A stretch of 64,000 nucleotides of DNA, from assembly GCA_963779415.1 (NCBI GenBank), contig CAVZYA010000002.1:480001-544000 (forward strand), in the 5' to 3' direction. The notes below the pieces were generated by a model. The model saw only the letters and a list, made by a program, of their open reading frames with translations. It searched no databases and was not told where the DNA came from. Shown piece by piece: positions 30,403-39,900 of the stretch. Source of the stretch: an uncultured Acidobacteriota bacterium. GTDB taxonomy: Bacteria > Acidobacteriota > Thermoanaerobaculia > UBA5066. The number at the start of each line of letters is the position of its first letter. Position 1 is the stretch's first letter. The translations under genes and the position numbers were made by a program.

Positions 30403-31311
30403 TCAGGGGACTCTAGGCGGGCCCGCTCCGGGCTCGGGGAGATGGGGCGCGCGGGGCGTCGTGCCGGCGGACCCGTCCGCGAAGGCGTTGTAGGCCCACG
30501 TCAGTCCGCACGCGAAGAGGACGGCCGCGAGCCCGAGAAGCGCGTTGAAGTAGGGGGGGGCCGTCAGGGCGACACGGACGAGAAGGGTCGCGACGGCGAA
30601 GCCGGAGTTCCGGAAGACGACCCGGTACGTCGAGCTGTACCGGAGCGAAATCAGGACGAGAAGGATGTCCGAGAGGACGAGGAGCGTGTAGAAGGACTCG
30701 AAGAAGTTGAAGGTGTCGCGGCCGGTCACGGCGTACCCGAGGTCGGTCGCGCCAATCAGGGCGAAGCCGAAGAGGAGAACGAGGGCGACCGACTTCTTGG
30801 CGCGGACGAAGCTCTCCGTCTCGCGCGAGTCGGCCGTGATCGGCCGGCGCCGCTGAAGCCGGTAGAAGAGGCCGAGAAGAGCGAAGACGGCGAGCGCCCC
30901 GGCCGCGTCCGATGTCATCTCGCCGATCGCGCCGGAAACTTCCGACCAGCCGATCGGCTCGCGGAAGGTGGAGAGCTCCTTGAAGGTCTGCCGGAGCAGA
31001 ATGAGGGAGAAGATTTCGAACTGCTTGCCGAGCGACTCGGAGACCGAGTGGGCGAGACTGAAGACGACGCCGATGACCGCCAGAAAGAGCAGGAACGTGA
31101 ACGCGAGCTGGACGGCGTGGAAGTGATTCGTCGGGATGGCCTCGGCGAGGCCGGGCGGCAGCCATCCCTGCCGTCGCGCCTCGATCGCGGCGAGGGCGAC
31201 GAGGAACGTCCCAACGAGGGCCGTACCGGAAAGCCGCTGCTGCCGGGCTCCGCCCCACCACGCCTGCAGCGTGTCGAAGAGCCGGACGGGAAGGGGCTGC
31301 GGGCGGGTCAT
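30403..31311 (-). CDS. multi-pass membrane protein of unknown function
   Basis: About 8 hydrophobic segments, SLGKQFEIFSLILLR and VFRNSGF. Confidence 0.75.
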   Translation of the reverse strand: MTRPQPLPVRLFDTLQAWWGGARQQRLSGTALVGTFLVALAAIEARRQGWLPPGLAEAIPTNHFHAVQLAFTFLLFLAVIGVVFSLAHSVSESLGKQFEIFSLILLRQTFKELSTFREPIGWSEVSGAIGEMTSDAAGALAVFALLGLFYRLQRRRPITADSRETESFVRAKKSVALVLLFGFALIGATDLGYAVTGRDTFNFFESFYTLLVLSDILLVLISLRYSSTYRVVFRNSGFAVATLLVRVALTAPPYFNALLGLAAVLFACGLTWAYNAFADGSAGTTPRAPHLPEPGAGPPRVP

Positions 31312-31359
31312 TCTCGGAGCCGGGACGACGGCGCGTCGAAGGCAGTTTACGATGAAAGG

Positions 31360-33297
31360 ATGAGACTCCGTCGCGCTCGCGCCGCCGCGACCTTCGCGCT
31401 CCTCCTCGCCCTCGCGCTTCCCGGCCGCCCGGCCCTTCCGCAGGCTCCCCCTTCCTCTTCGCAGCAGAGCCGCGTGGAAGGCGGGCCCCTCTCCGTTCCG
31501 ATCGAGGTGCGCGAGCAGTTCCTCGGCAAGAGCGGCGAGAAGACCGTCGTCCGCTTCGTCCTGACCGCGGAGAGGTCGGACTTCCGGGTCGGTCCCCTCG
31601 GGGCGCCCGGCACCGCGCGCCGGGCGTCGTTCGTCCTGATCGGCGAGGCGAAGGACGCCGCGGGAAAGGTCGTCGAGACCTTCCGGGCGCCGGTGGAGGT
31701 CGATCTCTCGGATTCGGAGGCGGGAAAGCCCGTCCGCGTCTCGTTTCTGGAGGCCCTTCCCCCGGGGGAGCTGACCATCCAGTTCCGGATGGAGGGGGCC
31801 GCGGGGCGGACGGTCGCCACGCGCGCCGTCTTCCTCACCGTTCCGCGCATGTCGTCGGAGTTCCGGGCGGAAGAGGCCGGGAGCGACGCTCCGGGCCTCC
31901 CGGCGGCTTCGGCGGTCGTCCTCGAATCGGAGAACCGCCCGACCGTGCCGAAGGCGACGGCCGCGAAGGGGATCATCCGGATCATCGCGCCGCGGCGGGA
32001 GGTTCCGGTCGGCCTCCTGCGCGTCGAGGCCGAGGTCGCGCCTCCCGCCACGCGCGTCGAGTTCTGGCTGGACGAGAAGCGGATCGTCGTCCGGAACCGC
32101 CCCCCGTACTCCGTCGAGATCGACCTCGGGAATGTCCCGAAGAAGCAGACGCTGAAGGCGGTCGCCTTCGACGCCCAGGGGAATTTCCTCGACGAGGACG
32201 CGTGGGCCCTGAACGAGCGCGACGCCCGCCTCGCCGTCCGGATCCTCGAGCTGCCGAAGACGTCCGGCGACATGACCGAGCTGAAGGTGGCCGTTCAGTC
32301 GATCGCGGGCGGCGAGCTCCGGGGGCTGAAGCTCTACCTCGACGCCGATCTCGTGAAGGAGTGGTCGGCCCCCCCCTACACGGCCTCGGTCCCGGCGGAG
32401 CGGCTGAAGAGGGCGACTCTGATCCGCGCCACGGCGATCGACGCCGACGGAAAGGAGTTCTCGGACGTCAAGCTCCTGAAGGGGGAGAAGCGGTTCATCT
32501 CGCGCGTCGAGGTGAACCTCGTCGAGCTGCACATCTCCGTCTATGACGGCGAAGGGCGCTTCGTTAAGGGGCTGCCGAAGGAGACGTTCTCGATTTTCGA
32601 GGATGGCGTGAGGCAGGAGATCTCGGCCTTCGAGTTCGCCGAGGCGCTGCCGCTCTCCCTCGGGATCGTCATCGACGGGTCGGGCTCGATGAAGAAGTCG
32701 ATGCCGCTCGTCCACGAGGCGGCGGGGGGCTTCGTCGAGAGGCTCGTCCGTGAGAAGGACCAGGGCTTCGTCATCGAGTTCCGCGAGGCGCCGGCGCTCC
32801 TCGCCCCGCTCTCGAAACAGAGCGGCGACCTTCTCCGCGCCATCCAGGAGACGCACGCCGACGGGGAGACGGCGCTCTACGACGCCGTCATCCTCGCCCT
32901 CTACCAGTTCCGGGCCGTCCCCGGACGGAAAGCGATCGTCGTCCTGACGGACGGGGCCGACAACCACTCGTGGGCCGACTACGACACGCTCCGGCGCTAC
33001 GCGCGGACTTCCGGGATCCCGATCTACTTCATCGGGCTGGGGATTCCGATGCTCGAGCTGGGGATCAAACCGAAGATGAGGGAGCTTGCGAGCGACACCG
33101 GGGGGGAGGCTTTCTTCGTCGGAAAGGCGGCCGAGCTGGCCGAGGTCTACCGGAAGATCGAGACGGAGCTTCGCTCCCAGTACTTCGTCACCTATCTGAC
33201 GAACTCCAGGAAGGGGGAAAACGAGTTTCGATCGGTGGATGTGAAGCTCTCGGACCCGAAGCTGCGGCCCAAGACGATCCGGGGCTATTTTCCATAG
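31360..33297 (+). CDS. secreted Ig-like + VWA domain protein
   Basis: Signal peptide, MIDAS DGSGSM, TALYDAV, VLTDGAD, LASDTGG and ELRSQY. Confidence 0.85.
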   Translation: MRLRRARAAATFALLLALALPGRPALPQAPPSSSQQSRVEGGPLSVPIEVREQFLGKSGEKTVVRFVLTAERSDFRVGPLGAPGTARRASFVLIGEAKDAAGKVVETFRAPVEVDLSDSEAGKPVRVSFLEALPPGELTIQFRMEGAAGRTVATRAVFLTVPRMSSEFRAEEAGSDAPGLPAASAVVLESENRPTVPKATAAKGIIRIIAPRREVPVGLLRVEAEVAPPATRVEFWLDEKRIVVRNRPPYSVEIDLGNVPKKQTLKAVAFDAQGNFLDEDAWALNERDARLAVRILELPKTSGDMTELKVAVQSIAGGELRGLKLYLDADLVKEWSAPPYTASVPAERLKRATLIRATAIDADGKEFSDVKLLKGEKRFISRVEVNLVELHISVYDGEGRFVKGLPKETFSIFEDGVRQEISAFEFAEALPLSLGIVIDGSGSMKKSMPLVHEAAGGFVERLVREKDQGFVIEFREAPALLAPLSKQSGDLLRAIQETHADGETALYDAVILALYQFRAVPGRKAIVVLTDGADNHSWADYDTLRRYARTSGIPIYFIGLGIPMLELGIKPKMRELASDTGGEAFFVGKAAELAEVYRKIETELRSQYFVTYLTNSRKGENEFRSVDVKLSDPKLRPKTIRGYFP

Positions 33298-33316
33298 TCG
33301 GGGGGTGCGACGACCG

Positions 33317-34279
33317 TCAGGGTCGGGGCAGCGCCGGGTTCGCACCCCCCGTGCCCCCCTCTTCCCTCGCATGAAGCAGGGCGCGGAGGGCGCGGGTATG
33401 GGCGGCGCTGGTGCCGCAGCAGCTTCCGACGAGGGCGATGCCGCCCACGGCGAGCCAGGAGGCGGCGAGGCGGGCGTACTCGTCCGGCGCGACGGGATCG
33501 GTGAAGAGCCCCCTGGCTTCGTCGAGAGCGCGTCCCGTGTTCGCGTAAACGGCGAGCGGCATCCCCGGAGCCGCCGCCCGGAGGCGATCGAGGTCCGCGC
33601 CGATCGCGCGGGCCGGGACGCAGTTGATCCCGACGACGTCCGGACCGGGGACGAGCGCGAGAAGCGCCCGGGCGGCCTCCTCCACCGGCTCGCCGGAGAG
33701 GAGACGGCCCCTCCCGTCCGTCACCATCGACGCGACGACCGGCAACCCCGTGGCGAGAGCCGCCCTCGTGGCGGCGACCAGCTCGCGGAGGGTGTTCATC
33801 GTCTCGACGAGGACCAGGTCGCACCCGGCGGCGGCCAGCGCCTGGGCCATCTCCTGGTGCTCCCGGTCGAGCGACTCCGGATCCGGTACGAGATCGGGCC
33901 GGTAACAGTCCTCGAGAGGTGCGATCGACCCGGCCACGGCGATGGCGTGGCCCTCTTCGCGGGCTGCGTCCCGCGCCAACCCGACGGCCAGAGCGATGAG
34001 ATCGCGGCCCTTTCCGTATTTGTTCCCTTCTAAGAAGAATCCCCGGTCGTCTCCCTTTCTGTTTCTCGAATGAAGACGAAAAGTGTTTGCAGTGAGGACG
34101 TCCGCGCCGGCCGCGACGTTCTCGGCGTGGATCGCCCGGACGAGTTCGGGGGCGTCGCGGAGGGCCCGGGCGCTCCAGAGGGGTAGGCGCGTGTCGGCGC
34201 CGCGGCGGGCCAGCTCCGTCCCCATCGCGGCGTCGAGGAGAAGCGGTCGGCCGGAATGAAGCAGCTCGCGGATGGGCAC
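33317..34279 (-). CDS. homocysteine S-methyltransferase family protein
   Basis: LLDAAMGTEL, GSIAPL, LVETM, GINC and GSCCGT Zn-binding motif. Carries an AT-rich insert at about 34011-34075. Confidence 0.88.
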   Translation of the reverse strand: MPIRELLHSGRPLLLDAAMGTELARRGADTRLPLWSARALRDAPELVRAIHAENVAAGADVLTANTFRLHSRNRKGDDRGFFLEGNKYGKGRDLIALAVGLARDAAREEGHAIAVAGSIAPLEDCYRPDLVPDPESLDREHQEMAQALAAAGCDLVLVETMNTLRELVAATRAALATGLPVVASMVTDGRGRLLSGEPVEEAARALLALVPGPDVVGINCVPARAIGADLDRLRAAAPGMPLAVYANTGRALDEARGLFTDPVAPDEYARLAASWLAVGGIALVGSCCGTSAAHTRALRALLHAREEGGTGGANPALPRP

Positions 34280-34296
34280 GGTGGTATTTTTCCCCC

Positions 34297-35097
34297 ATGA
34301 CGGCGAAAAGGAAGTGGGCTCTCGTTCTGGGCGCCTCGTCGGGTTTCGGCGAGGCGGCGTCCCTCGCGCTCGCCCGCGCCGGGCGGAACGTCTTCGGCGT
34401 CCACCTCGACCGGCGGGCGACGCTGCCGAACGTCGAGAGGATCATGGGGGAGATCGAGAAGACGGGCGTCCGGGCCGAGTTCTTCAACGTGAACGCGGCC
34501 GATGCGGAAAGGGGAACGGAGACCCTGGCGACGATGTCGCGGGTTCTCGAGGAGGAAAAGAACCCGGTCGGCGTGGACCTTCTTCTCCACTCCCTCGCGT
34601 TCGGGACGCTCAAGCCGTTCCTCGCGCCCGGCCCGTCGGACGCTCTCACGAAAGCGCAGATGGAGATGACGCTCGACGTCATGGCCCACTCGCTCGTCTA
34701 CTGGACGCAGGACCTCCTCGCGGCGGGAATGATGGGAGAGGGGTCCCACATCTTCGCGATGACCTCCGCCGGCGGCCACCGGATCTGGCATTCCTACGGG
34801 GCGGTCTCGGCGGCCAAGGCCGCGCTCGAAAGCCATTGCAGGCAGCTCGCCGTGGAGCTGTCGCCGAGGAGGATCGCCGTCAACGCCATCCGCGCCGGCG
34901 TCACGGACACGCCCGCGCTCCGGAAGATCCCCGGAAACGAGCAGATGATCGAACGCTGCCTCGCCATCCACCCGGCCCGGCGGCTGACGACCCCGGAGGA
35001 CGTCGCGAACGTCCTCGTGGCGGTGGCCCGGCCCGAGACGGTCTGGATGAGCGGAAACGTTCTCGGTGTCGACGGCACCGAGGACATCGTGGGCTGA
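34297..35097 (+). CDS. SDR, enoyl-ACP reductase (FabL/FabI-like)
   Basis: LGASSGFG, YGAVSAAKAALE (Y-x6-K) and VNAIRAGVTDTPAL. Confidence 0.8.
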   Translation: MTAKRKWALVLGASSGFGEAASLALARAGRNVFGVHLDRRATLPNVERIMGEIEKTGVRAEFFNVNAADAERGTETLATMSRVLEEEKNPVGVDLLLHSLAFGTLKPFLAPGPSDALTKAQMEMTLDVMAHSLVYWTQDLLAAGMMGEGSHIFAMTSAGGHRIWHSYGAVSAAKAALESHCRQLAVELSPRRIAVNAIRAGVTDTPALRKIPGNEQMIERCLAIHPARRLTTPEDVANVLVAVARPETVWMSGNVLGVDGTEDIVG

Positions 35098-35111
35098 CAA
35101 GGGGCACCGCC

Positions 35112-35945
35112 GTGACGAGTCGAAAACGCCCCCCCCCGGCGCCCGTTCTTCTCGGAGCGGCGCTCTTCGGGCTTCTCGCGTCCGCCTGCGGCAGCGGACC
35201 TTCCGTGGCCGTCAAGCCGCCGGAGGGGGACATCCCGTCGTCGGGGCAGTTCCCGCACGCGACGTTCACGCGGCTCCTCGAGGCGGCGGTCTCCCCCGAC
35301 GGGCTCGTCGACTACGCCGTCGTCGAGGAGCAGAAGGACCTTCTCGACCTCTACCTCGGAGACGTGGCGCGAATCTCGCCGATCGGACAGGCGCACCTCT
35401 TCCCGACGTTCGACGATCAGCTCGCCTACTGGATCAACGCGCACAACGCGGCGGCGCTGAAGGGAGTGCTCGTCCTCGGAAGGCCGAAGGATCTCTCGAA
35501 GCTCGGGAGCGATCTCGACCGGATCTCGTTCACCTTCGGCGGACACTCCATGTCGCTCCTCGAGGTCGTGGGGCAGATCCGGAAGCAGTTCCCCGATCCG
35601 CGCCCATTTCTCGTCCTCGTCCGAGGCCGGCGGGGGGGCCCTCCGCTCGCACGAAAGGCGTTCGAGGCGAAGGACCTCGACGAGCGGCTGGAGGCCGCCT
35701 CTCGCGCGTTCGTGAAGAACCCGCGCTACGTCGAATGGAAGGCCCCGTCGGACACGGTGCGGGTGAGCCGCGTCATTCTCGACGAGCGGAGTCCGTTCGA
35801 GAAGCTCGAGCCGGCGACGGTCCACGGCGACCCCCTCCTCATCGAGGCGCTCAACCACTTTCTTCCCGGCCGGGAGTGGATTCTCGCCACGAAGGTGGCC
35901 CCGCTTCCGATGGATCAGCGGCTGAACGACGTTTCGAACCGCTGA
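35112..35945 (+). CDS. DUF547 domain lipoprotein
   Basis: Lipobox LASAC, GLVDY, QLAYWINAHNA and GPPL. Confidence 0.75.
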   Translation: MTSRKRPPPAPVLLGAALFGLLASACGSGPSVAVKPPEGDIPSSGQFPHATFTRLLEAAVSPDGLVDYAVVEEQKDLLDLYLGDVARISPIGQAHLFPTFDDQLAYWINAHNAAALKGVLVLGRPKDLSKLGSDLDRISFTFGGHSMSLLEVVGQIRKQFPDPRPFLVLVRGRRGGPPLARKAFEAKDLDERLEAASRAFVKNPRYVEWKAPSDTVRVSRVILDERSPFEKLEPATVHGDPLLIEALNHFLPGREWILATKVAPLPMDQRLNDVSNR

Positions 35946-35951
35946 ACGCCG

Positions 35952-36844
35952 ATGCCACGGCGCGCACCGCTCGCCCTCCTCTTCTTCGCCGCCGCGTGCG
36001 ACGGGAGGAAGGAGCCGCCGGCCCCGCCCCCCTCCCTCCCGCCGCCGCGCCCGAGCCTCTGCGGCTCCGGACGGGGCTCACGCTCTCCCTCGCTCCGAAC
36101 CTTCCCGGGGTCCCTTCGGACGACGTGCCGAACGCGACGCGGCGTGACGTCGAGATCCTCGCGTTCGACGGCCGGCAGGTCCGACTTCGGTGGACGGGGA
36201 CCATCCGGATGGAGACCGGCGAGTCACAGAGGCGCCGTGAGGAGTGGGTGCGAGCCGCCTCGAACGCCCCGGCCGGCTCGACGCCGCTCCCGACGGTTCC
36301 CGCCGACTACGAGACGCGGACCATCTCGGGGACGCTCTTCTTTCCGGACGGCGCCTCGGGCACTTCTTTCCTCCTTCCGGGGCTCTGGCCGGAAGGGAAC
36401 GTGACGTTCCCGGGAGCCACCGGCCTGACGCTGCCGAAGGGGGCGCTCGAGGAGCTGAAGCTCCGGGGTGAAGCGAAGGCGCCGCTCCTGCTCGAGGCGC
36501 GGTCGCTCCACGAGCCGGCTTCGAGCCTCCTGAAGCGGGCCTCCGAGCTGGCCGCCAGCGCGCACACCGAGAACCCGGCGCTTCTTCGTCGCGTGGCGCC
36601 CCCGCGCCGTTTCAGGCTCGAGTTGGACGGCCGTACCCAGGAGTTCGCCACCGTCGTCGCGGCGAACTGGTTCGGGACTTTCGAGATTCTGGACGATCCG
36701 GAAAGCCCTCTCGTCCTCTCCGTCCTTCCGTCGCCGGCTTCCTCGCCGGTCCTCGACCTCTTCGCCCCCGCGAAAGTCCTGAAGACGCTCCTGGGCTACC
36801 GCGTGGCCGGGGTGACGTCTCCGCGGCCGGAGCCTTCGCGGTGA
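35952..36844 (+). CDS. hypothetical lipoprotein; probable frameshift in C-run near 36030
   Basis: Lipobox FAAAC, then coding continues in the frame ending at 36844 (EILDDPESPLVL). Confidence 0.55.
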
Positions 36845-37647
36845 GCGCCGCTTCGGCCTCGGTCACGCCGGGCGCGGCGGTCGTCACGGGGGCCTCTTCG
36901 GGGATCGGAGCCGCCATCGCCCGGAAGCTCGCGGCGAAGAAGAAGCGGCTCGTCCTCGTCGCGCGCTCGGCGGCGACGCTCGACGCAGAGGCCGCCGACT
37001 GGCGAACGGTCTTCGGCGGCGAGATCGACGTCCTGCCGCTCGACCTCGTCCGTCCGGGGGCGCCGGCGGAGCTCTTCTCCCGGACCGAAGGACGCGGCCT
37101 CGTGGTCGACCTCCTCGTCAACGCGGCGGGATTCGGCTGGAACGGCCCGCAGCGCGAGATGGATGTCGCGCGCCTGCGCGATCTCCTCCGCCTGAACGTC
37201 CTCGCGACGGCCGAGCTCACGCACCTCTTTCTCGGTGCGATGGCCTCCCGCCGCCGGGGGGCGATCCTGAACGTCGCCTCGACCGCGGGCTTCTACCCGA
37301 CCCCGTACTTCGCGGCCTACGGCGCGAGCAAGGCCTTCCTCCTCGCCTTCACCCACGCGCTCCACGAGGAGGCGAAACGGGACGGAGTGACCGTGACGGC
37401 GCTCTGCCCGGGCTACACGCGGACGAAATTCCACGCCGTGGCGGGAATGAAGGAGGCCGATGGGACGCCGTTTCCGGAGATGACCGCGGACGCCGTGGCC
37501 GAGGAAGGGCTCCGGGCGCTCGAGGCGGGAAAAGCCGTCGCCGTGACGCACCCGCTCGACCGGGTCTGGATCGCGGCGGGGCGCCTCGTGCCGCGTTCGG
37601 TCCCGGCGAAGCTCGGCGCCTTCTTCTTCTCGCGGACCCGCCGCTGA
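36841..37647 (+). CDS. SDR family NAD(P)-dependent oxidoreductase
   Basis: TGASSGIG, LVNAAG, NVAS, YGASK and LCPGYT. Confidence 0.9.
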   Translation: MSAASASVTPGAAVVTGASSGIGAAIARKLAAKKKRLVLVARSAATLDAEAADWRTVFGGEIDVLPLDLVRPGAPAELFSRTEGRGLVVDLLVNAAGFGWNGPQREMDVARLRDLLRLNVLATAELTHLFLGAMASRRRGAILNVASTAGFYPTPYFAAYGASKAFLLAFTHALHEEAKRDGVTVTALCPGYTRTKFHAVAGMKEADGTPFPEMTADAVAEEGLRALEAGKAVAVTHPLDRVWIAAGRLVPRSVPAKLGAFFFSRTRR

Positions 37648-37797
37648 CCGCCCGGTTCCGGTCCGCGCCGGGAGCGACGTTCGTGTGGCCCCTCACGGTT
37701 TCGGCGGCCGTCCTTGACGCCCGGGGGGCGCGCGACGAGAATCCGCCATTCGCCGCGTCCCGCAGCGGAATCGGACCCTTTCCCGGGGAGGAATTTC

Positions 37798-38478
37798 ATG
37801 ACGAAGAAATGGACGGACGACGACACCCGCTGGCTGAAGACCAACGTCGCCCGTCTCGACGTCCAGACGCTGGCCCTGAAGCTCGGCTTTCCGCTGGAAG
37901 AGGTCGAGAAGCGGATCCGCCAGCTGAAGCTCGTCTCCCCGCCTACCGCAGCCGCACCGCGGAAAGCGCCCGCCTCGCTGAAGGAGGCGCAGAAGGAGCT
38001 CTCGGCCGCGCGGAAGGAGTACGAAAAGGCGATCGAGGCTTTTCACAAGCGCCGCTTCGAGGAGGCCGGGAAGCGCTTCGAGGAGCTGATCGAGAAGCAC
38101 CCGGATGAAAAGGAATTCCGCGACCGGGCCAAGATGTACCTCGCGGCCTGCCGGAGCGGGAAGAAGTCGAAGAGCGCTCTGCCGAGCGAGCCCGAGGAGA
38201 TCTACCACCATGCCGTTTTCGAGAAGAATCGCGGCAACGTGGAACGCGCGCTCGAGCTTCTCCGGAAAGTGGCCGGACGGCGCGACGGCGACGGGCGCCT
38301 GCATTACCTCGCCGCCTGCTGCCATGCGCTGCGGGGAGACGTGGACCAGGCGCTCGTCTCCCTGAAGAAGGCGATCGCCGCCTCGGACCAGAACCGGATC
38401 CAGGCCCGGCTCGACACCGACCTTTCGGCCCTGCGCGGACACCAGGGGTTCACGGAGCTGCTCTCGGGAGGCGTGTGA
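37798..38478 (+). CDS. TPR protein with N-terminal HTH-like segment
   Basis: GGAGG RBS, KWTDDDTRWLK...LALKLG, TPR helices and YLAACCHA...ARLDTDL. Confidence 0.75.
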   Translation: MTKKWTDDDTRWLKTNVARLDVQTLALKLGFPLEEVEKRIRQLKLVSPPTAAAPRKAPASLKEAQKELSAARKEYEKAIEAFHKRRFEEAGKRFEELIEKHPDEKEFRDRAKMYLAACRSGKKSKSALPSEPEEIYHHAVFEKNRGNVERALELLRKVAGRRDGDGRLHYLAACCHALRGDVDQALVSLKKAIAASDQNRIQARLDTDLSALRGHQGFTELLSGGV

Positions 38479-39896
38479 GGCCTTCGGCCGCGGTCGTCCT
38501 TCTCGCGGCCGGCCAGGGAACGCGGTTCCGCTCCGGCGTTCCGAAGGTCCTCCACTCCGCCGCCGGCCGTTCGCTCCTCGACCGCTCCCTCGCGACCGCC
38601 CGCGCAATCGTCTCGGAGACGGGGGGCGGACCCCTCGTCATCGTGACCGGGCCGGGAGCCGACGAGCCGGTCGCCTCTGCCGTCCGGGCGGCGGCCCCGG
38701 AAGCGGTGATGGCGGCGCAGGCAGCGCCGCGTGGAACGGGCGACGCGGTCCGCGCCGCTCTTCCGTTTCTCGGAGACGCCTCCCGCGTCGTCGTTCTCCC
38801 GGCAGACGCGCCACTTCTGACGGCGAAGACCGTTTTCTCCCTCGGGTCGAACCTCTCGAACGAACCGGACTCGTCGGCGGTCTTCCTGACGGCCTTCGTC
38901 CCCGATCCTTCCGGATACGGACGGGTCCTTCGCGACGCGCACGGAACGGTCGTGGCCGTCGTGGAGGAGCGGGACGCCTCGGAGCGGGAGCGGCAGATCG
39001 CGGAGGTGAACGCCGGCGTCTACGTCTTCCGGCGCGCGTTCCTCGAGGCGGCGGTCGCGAGGCTCGAGCCGGCGAACGCCGCGGAGGAGCTCTACCTGAC
39101 CGACGTCCTCGCGATGGCGGCCGAGTCGGGGCGGCCGGCCCGGGGCCTCCCGGCCGAGCGGTTCGAGGAGGCGCTCGGCGTCAACACGCGCGCCGACCTC
39201 GCCCGCGTCGAGGCGGTTCTACGCTCGCGCGCGGGGGCGGCGGCGATGGAAGCCGGAGCGACGCTCCCGAGACCCGAGACCGTGACGCTCGACGACACGG
39301 TGCTTCTCGCTCCCGACGTCGTCGTGGAACCTTTCGCGACCCTTCTCGGCGCGACCCAGGTCGGGGCGCGGAGCCGGATCGGACAGGGATGCGTCCTCCG
39401 GGACATGACGCTCGGCGCGGACGTCCTCGTCCATCCCTACTGCGTGATGGAAAAGTCGCGGATCGGGGACGGCGCAATCGTCGGCCCCTTTGCGCGTCTT
39501 CGCGAGGGAACCGACCTCGGGCCCGGGGTGCACGTCGGGAACTTCGTCGAGACGAAGAAAGCCCGGCTCCTCTCGGGCGCGAAGGCGAACCACCTGACCT
39601 ATCTCGGCGACTCCGAGGTCGGGGAGCGGTCGAACGTCGGCGCGGGGGTCATCACGTGCAACTACGACGGCTTCGCGAAGCACCGGACGGTGATCGGCAG
39701 CGACGTCTTCGTCGGGTCGGACGTCCAGATCGTCGCGCCGCTCACGATCGGCGACGGGGCCATCATCGGCGCGGGGACGACGGTCACCGAGGACGTCCCG
39801 GCCGGTGCCCTCGTCACCTCGCGCGTGCCGCAGAAGACGACCGAGGGGGGCGGCACGGCCTATCGCGAGCGGAAGCGGGGGAAGAAGAAGGTCTAG
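38475..39896 (+). CDS. glmU: bifunctional UDP-GlcNAc pyrophosphorylase / glucosamine-1-phosphate acetyltransferase
   Basis: LAAGQGTR, GTGDAV, GYGR, ELYLTD, VGNFVETK, HLTYLGD and CNYDG. Confidence 0.95.
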   Translation: MRPSAAVVLLAAGQGTRFRSGVPKVLHSAAGRSLLDRSLATARAIVSETGGGPLVIVTGPGADEPVASAVRAAAPEAVMAAQAAPRGTGDAVRAALPFLGDASRVVVLPADAPLLTAKTVFSLGSNLSNEPDSSAVFLTAFVPDPSGYGRVLRDAHGTVVAVVEERDASERERQIAEVNAGVYVFRRAFLEAAVARLEPANAAEELYLTDVLAMAAESGRPARGLPAERFEEALGVNTRADLARVEAVLRSRAGAAAMEAGATLPRPETVTLDDTVLLAPDVVVEPFATLLGATQVGARSRIGQGCVLRDMTLGADVLVHPYCVMEKSRIGDGAIVGPFARLREGTDLGPGVHVGNFVETKKARLLSGAKANHLTYLGDSEVGERSNVGAGVITCNYDGFAKHRTVIGSDVFVGSDVQIVAPLTIGDGAIIGAGTTVTEDVPAGALVTSRVPQKTTEGGGTAYRERKRGKKKV

Positions 39897-39900
39897 CGGA

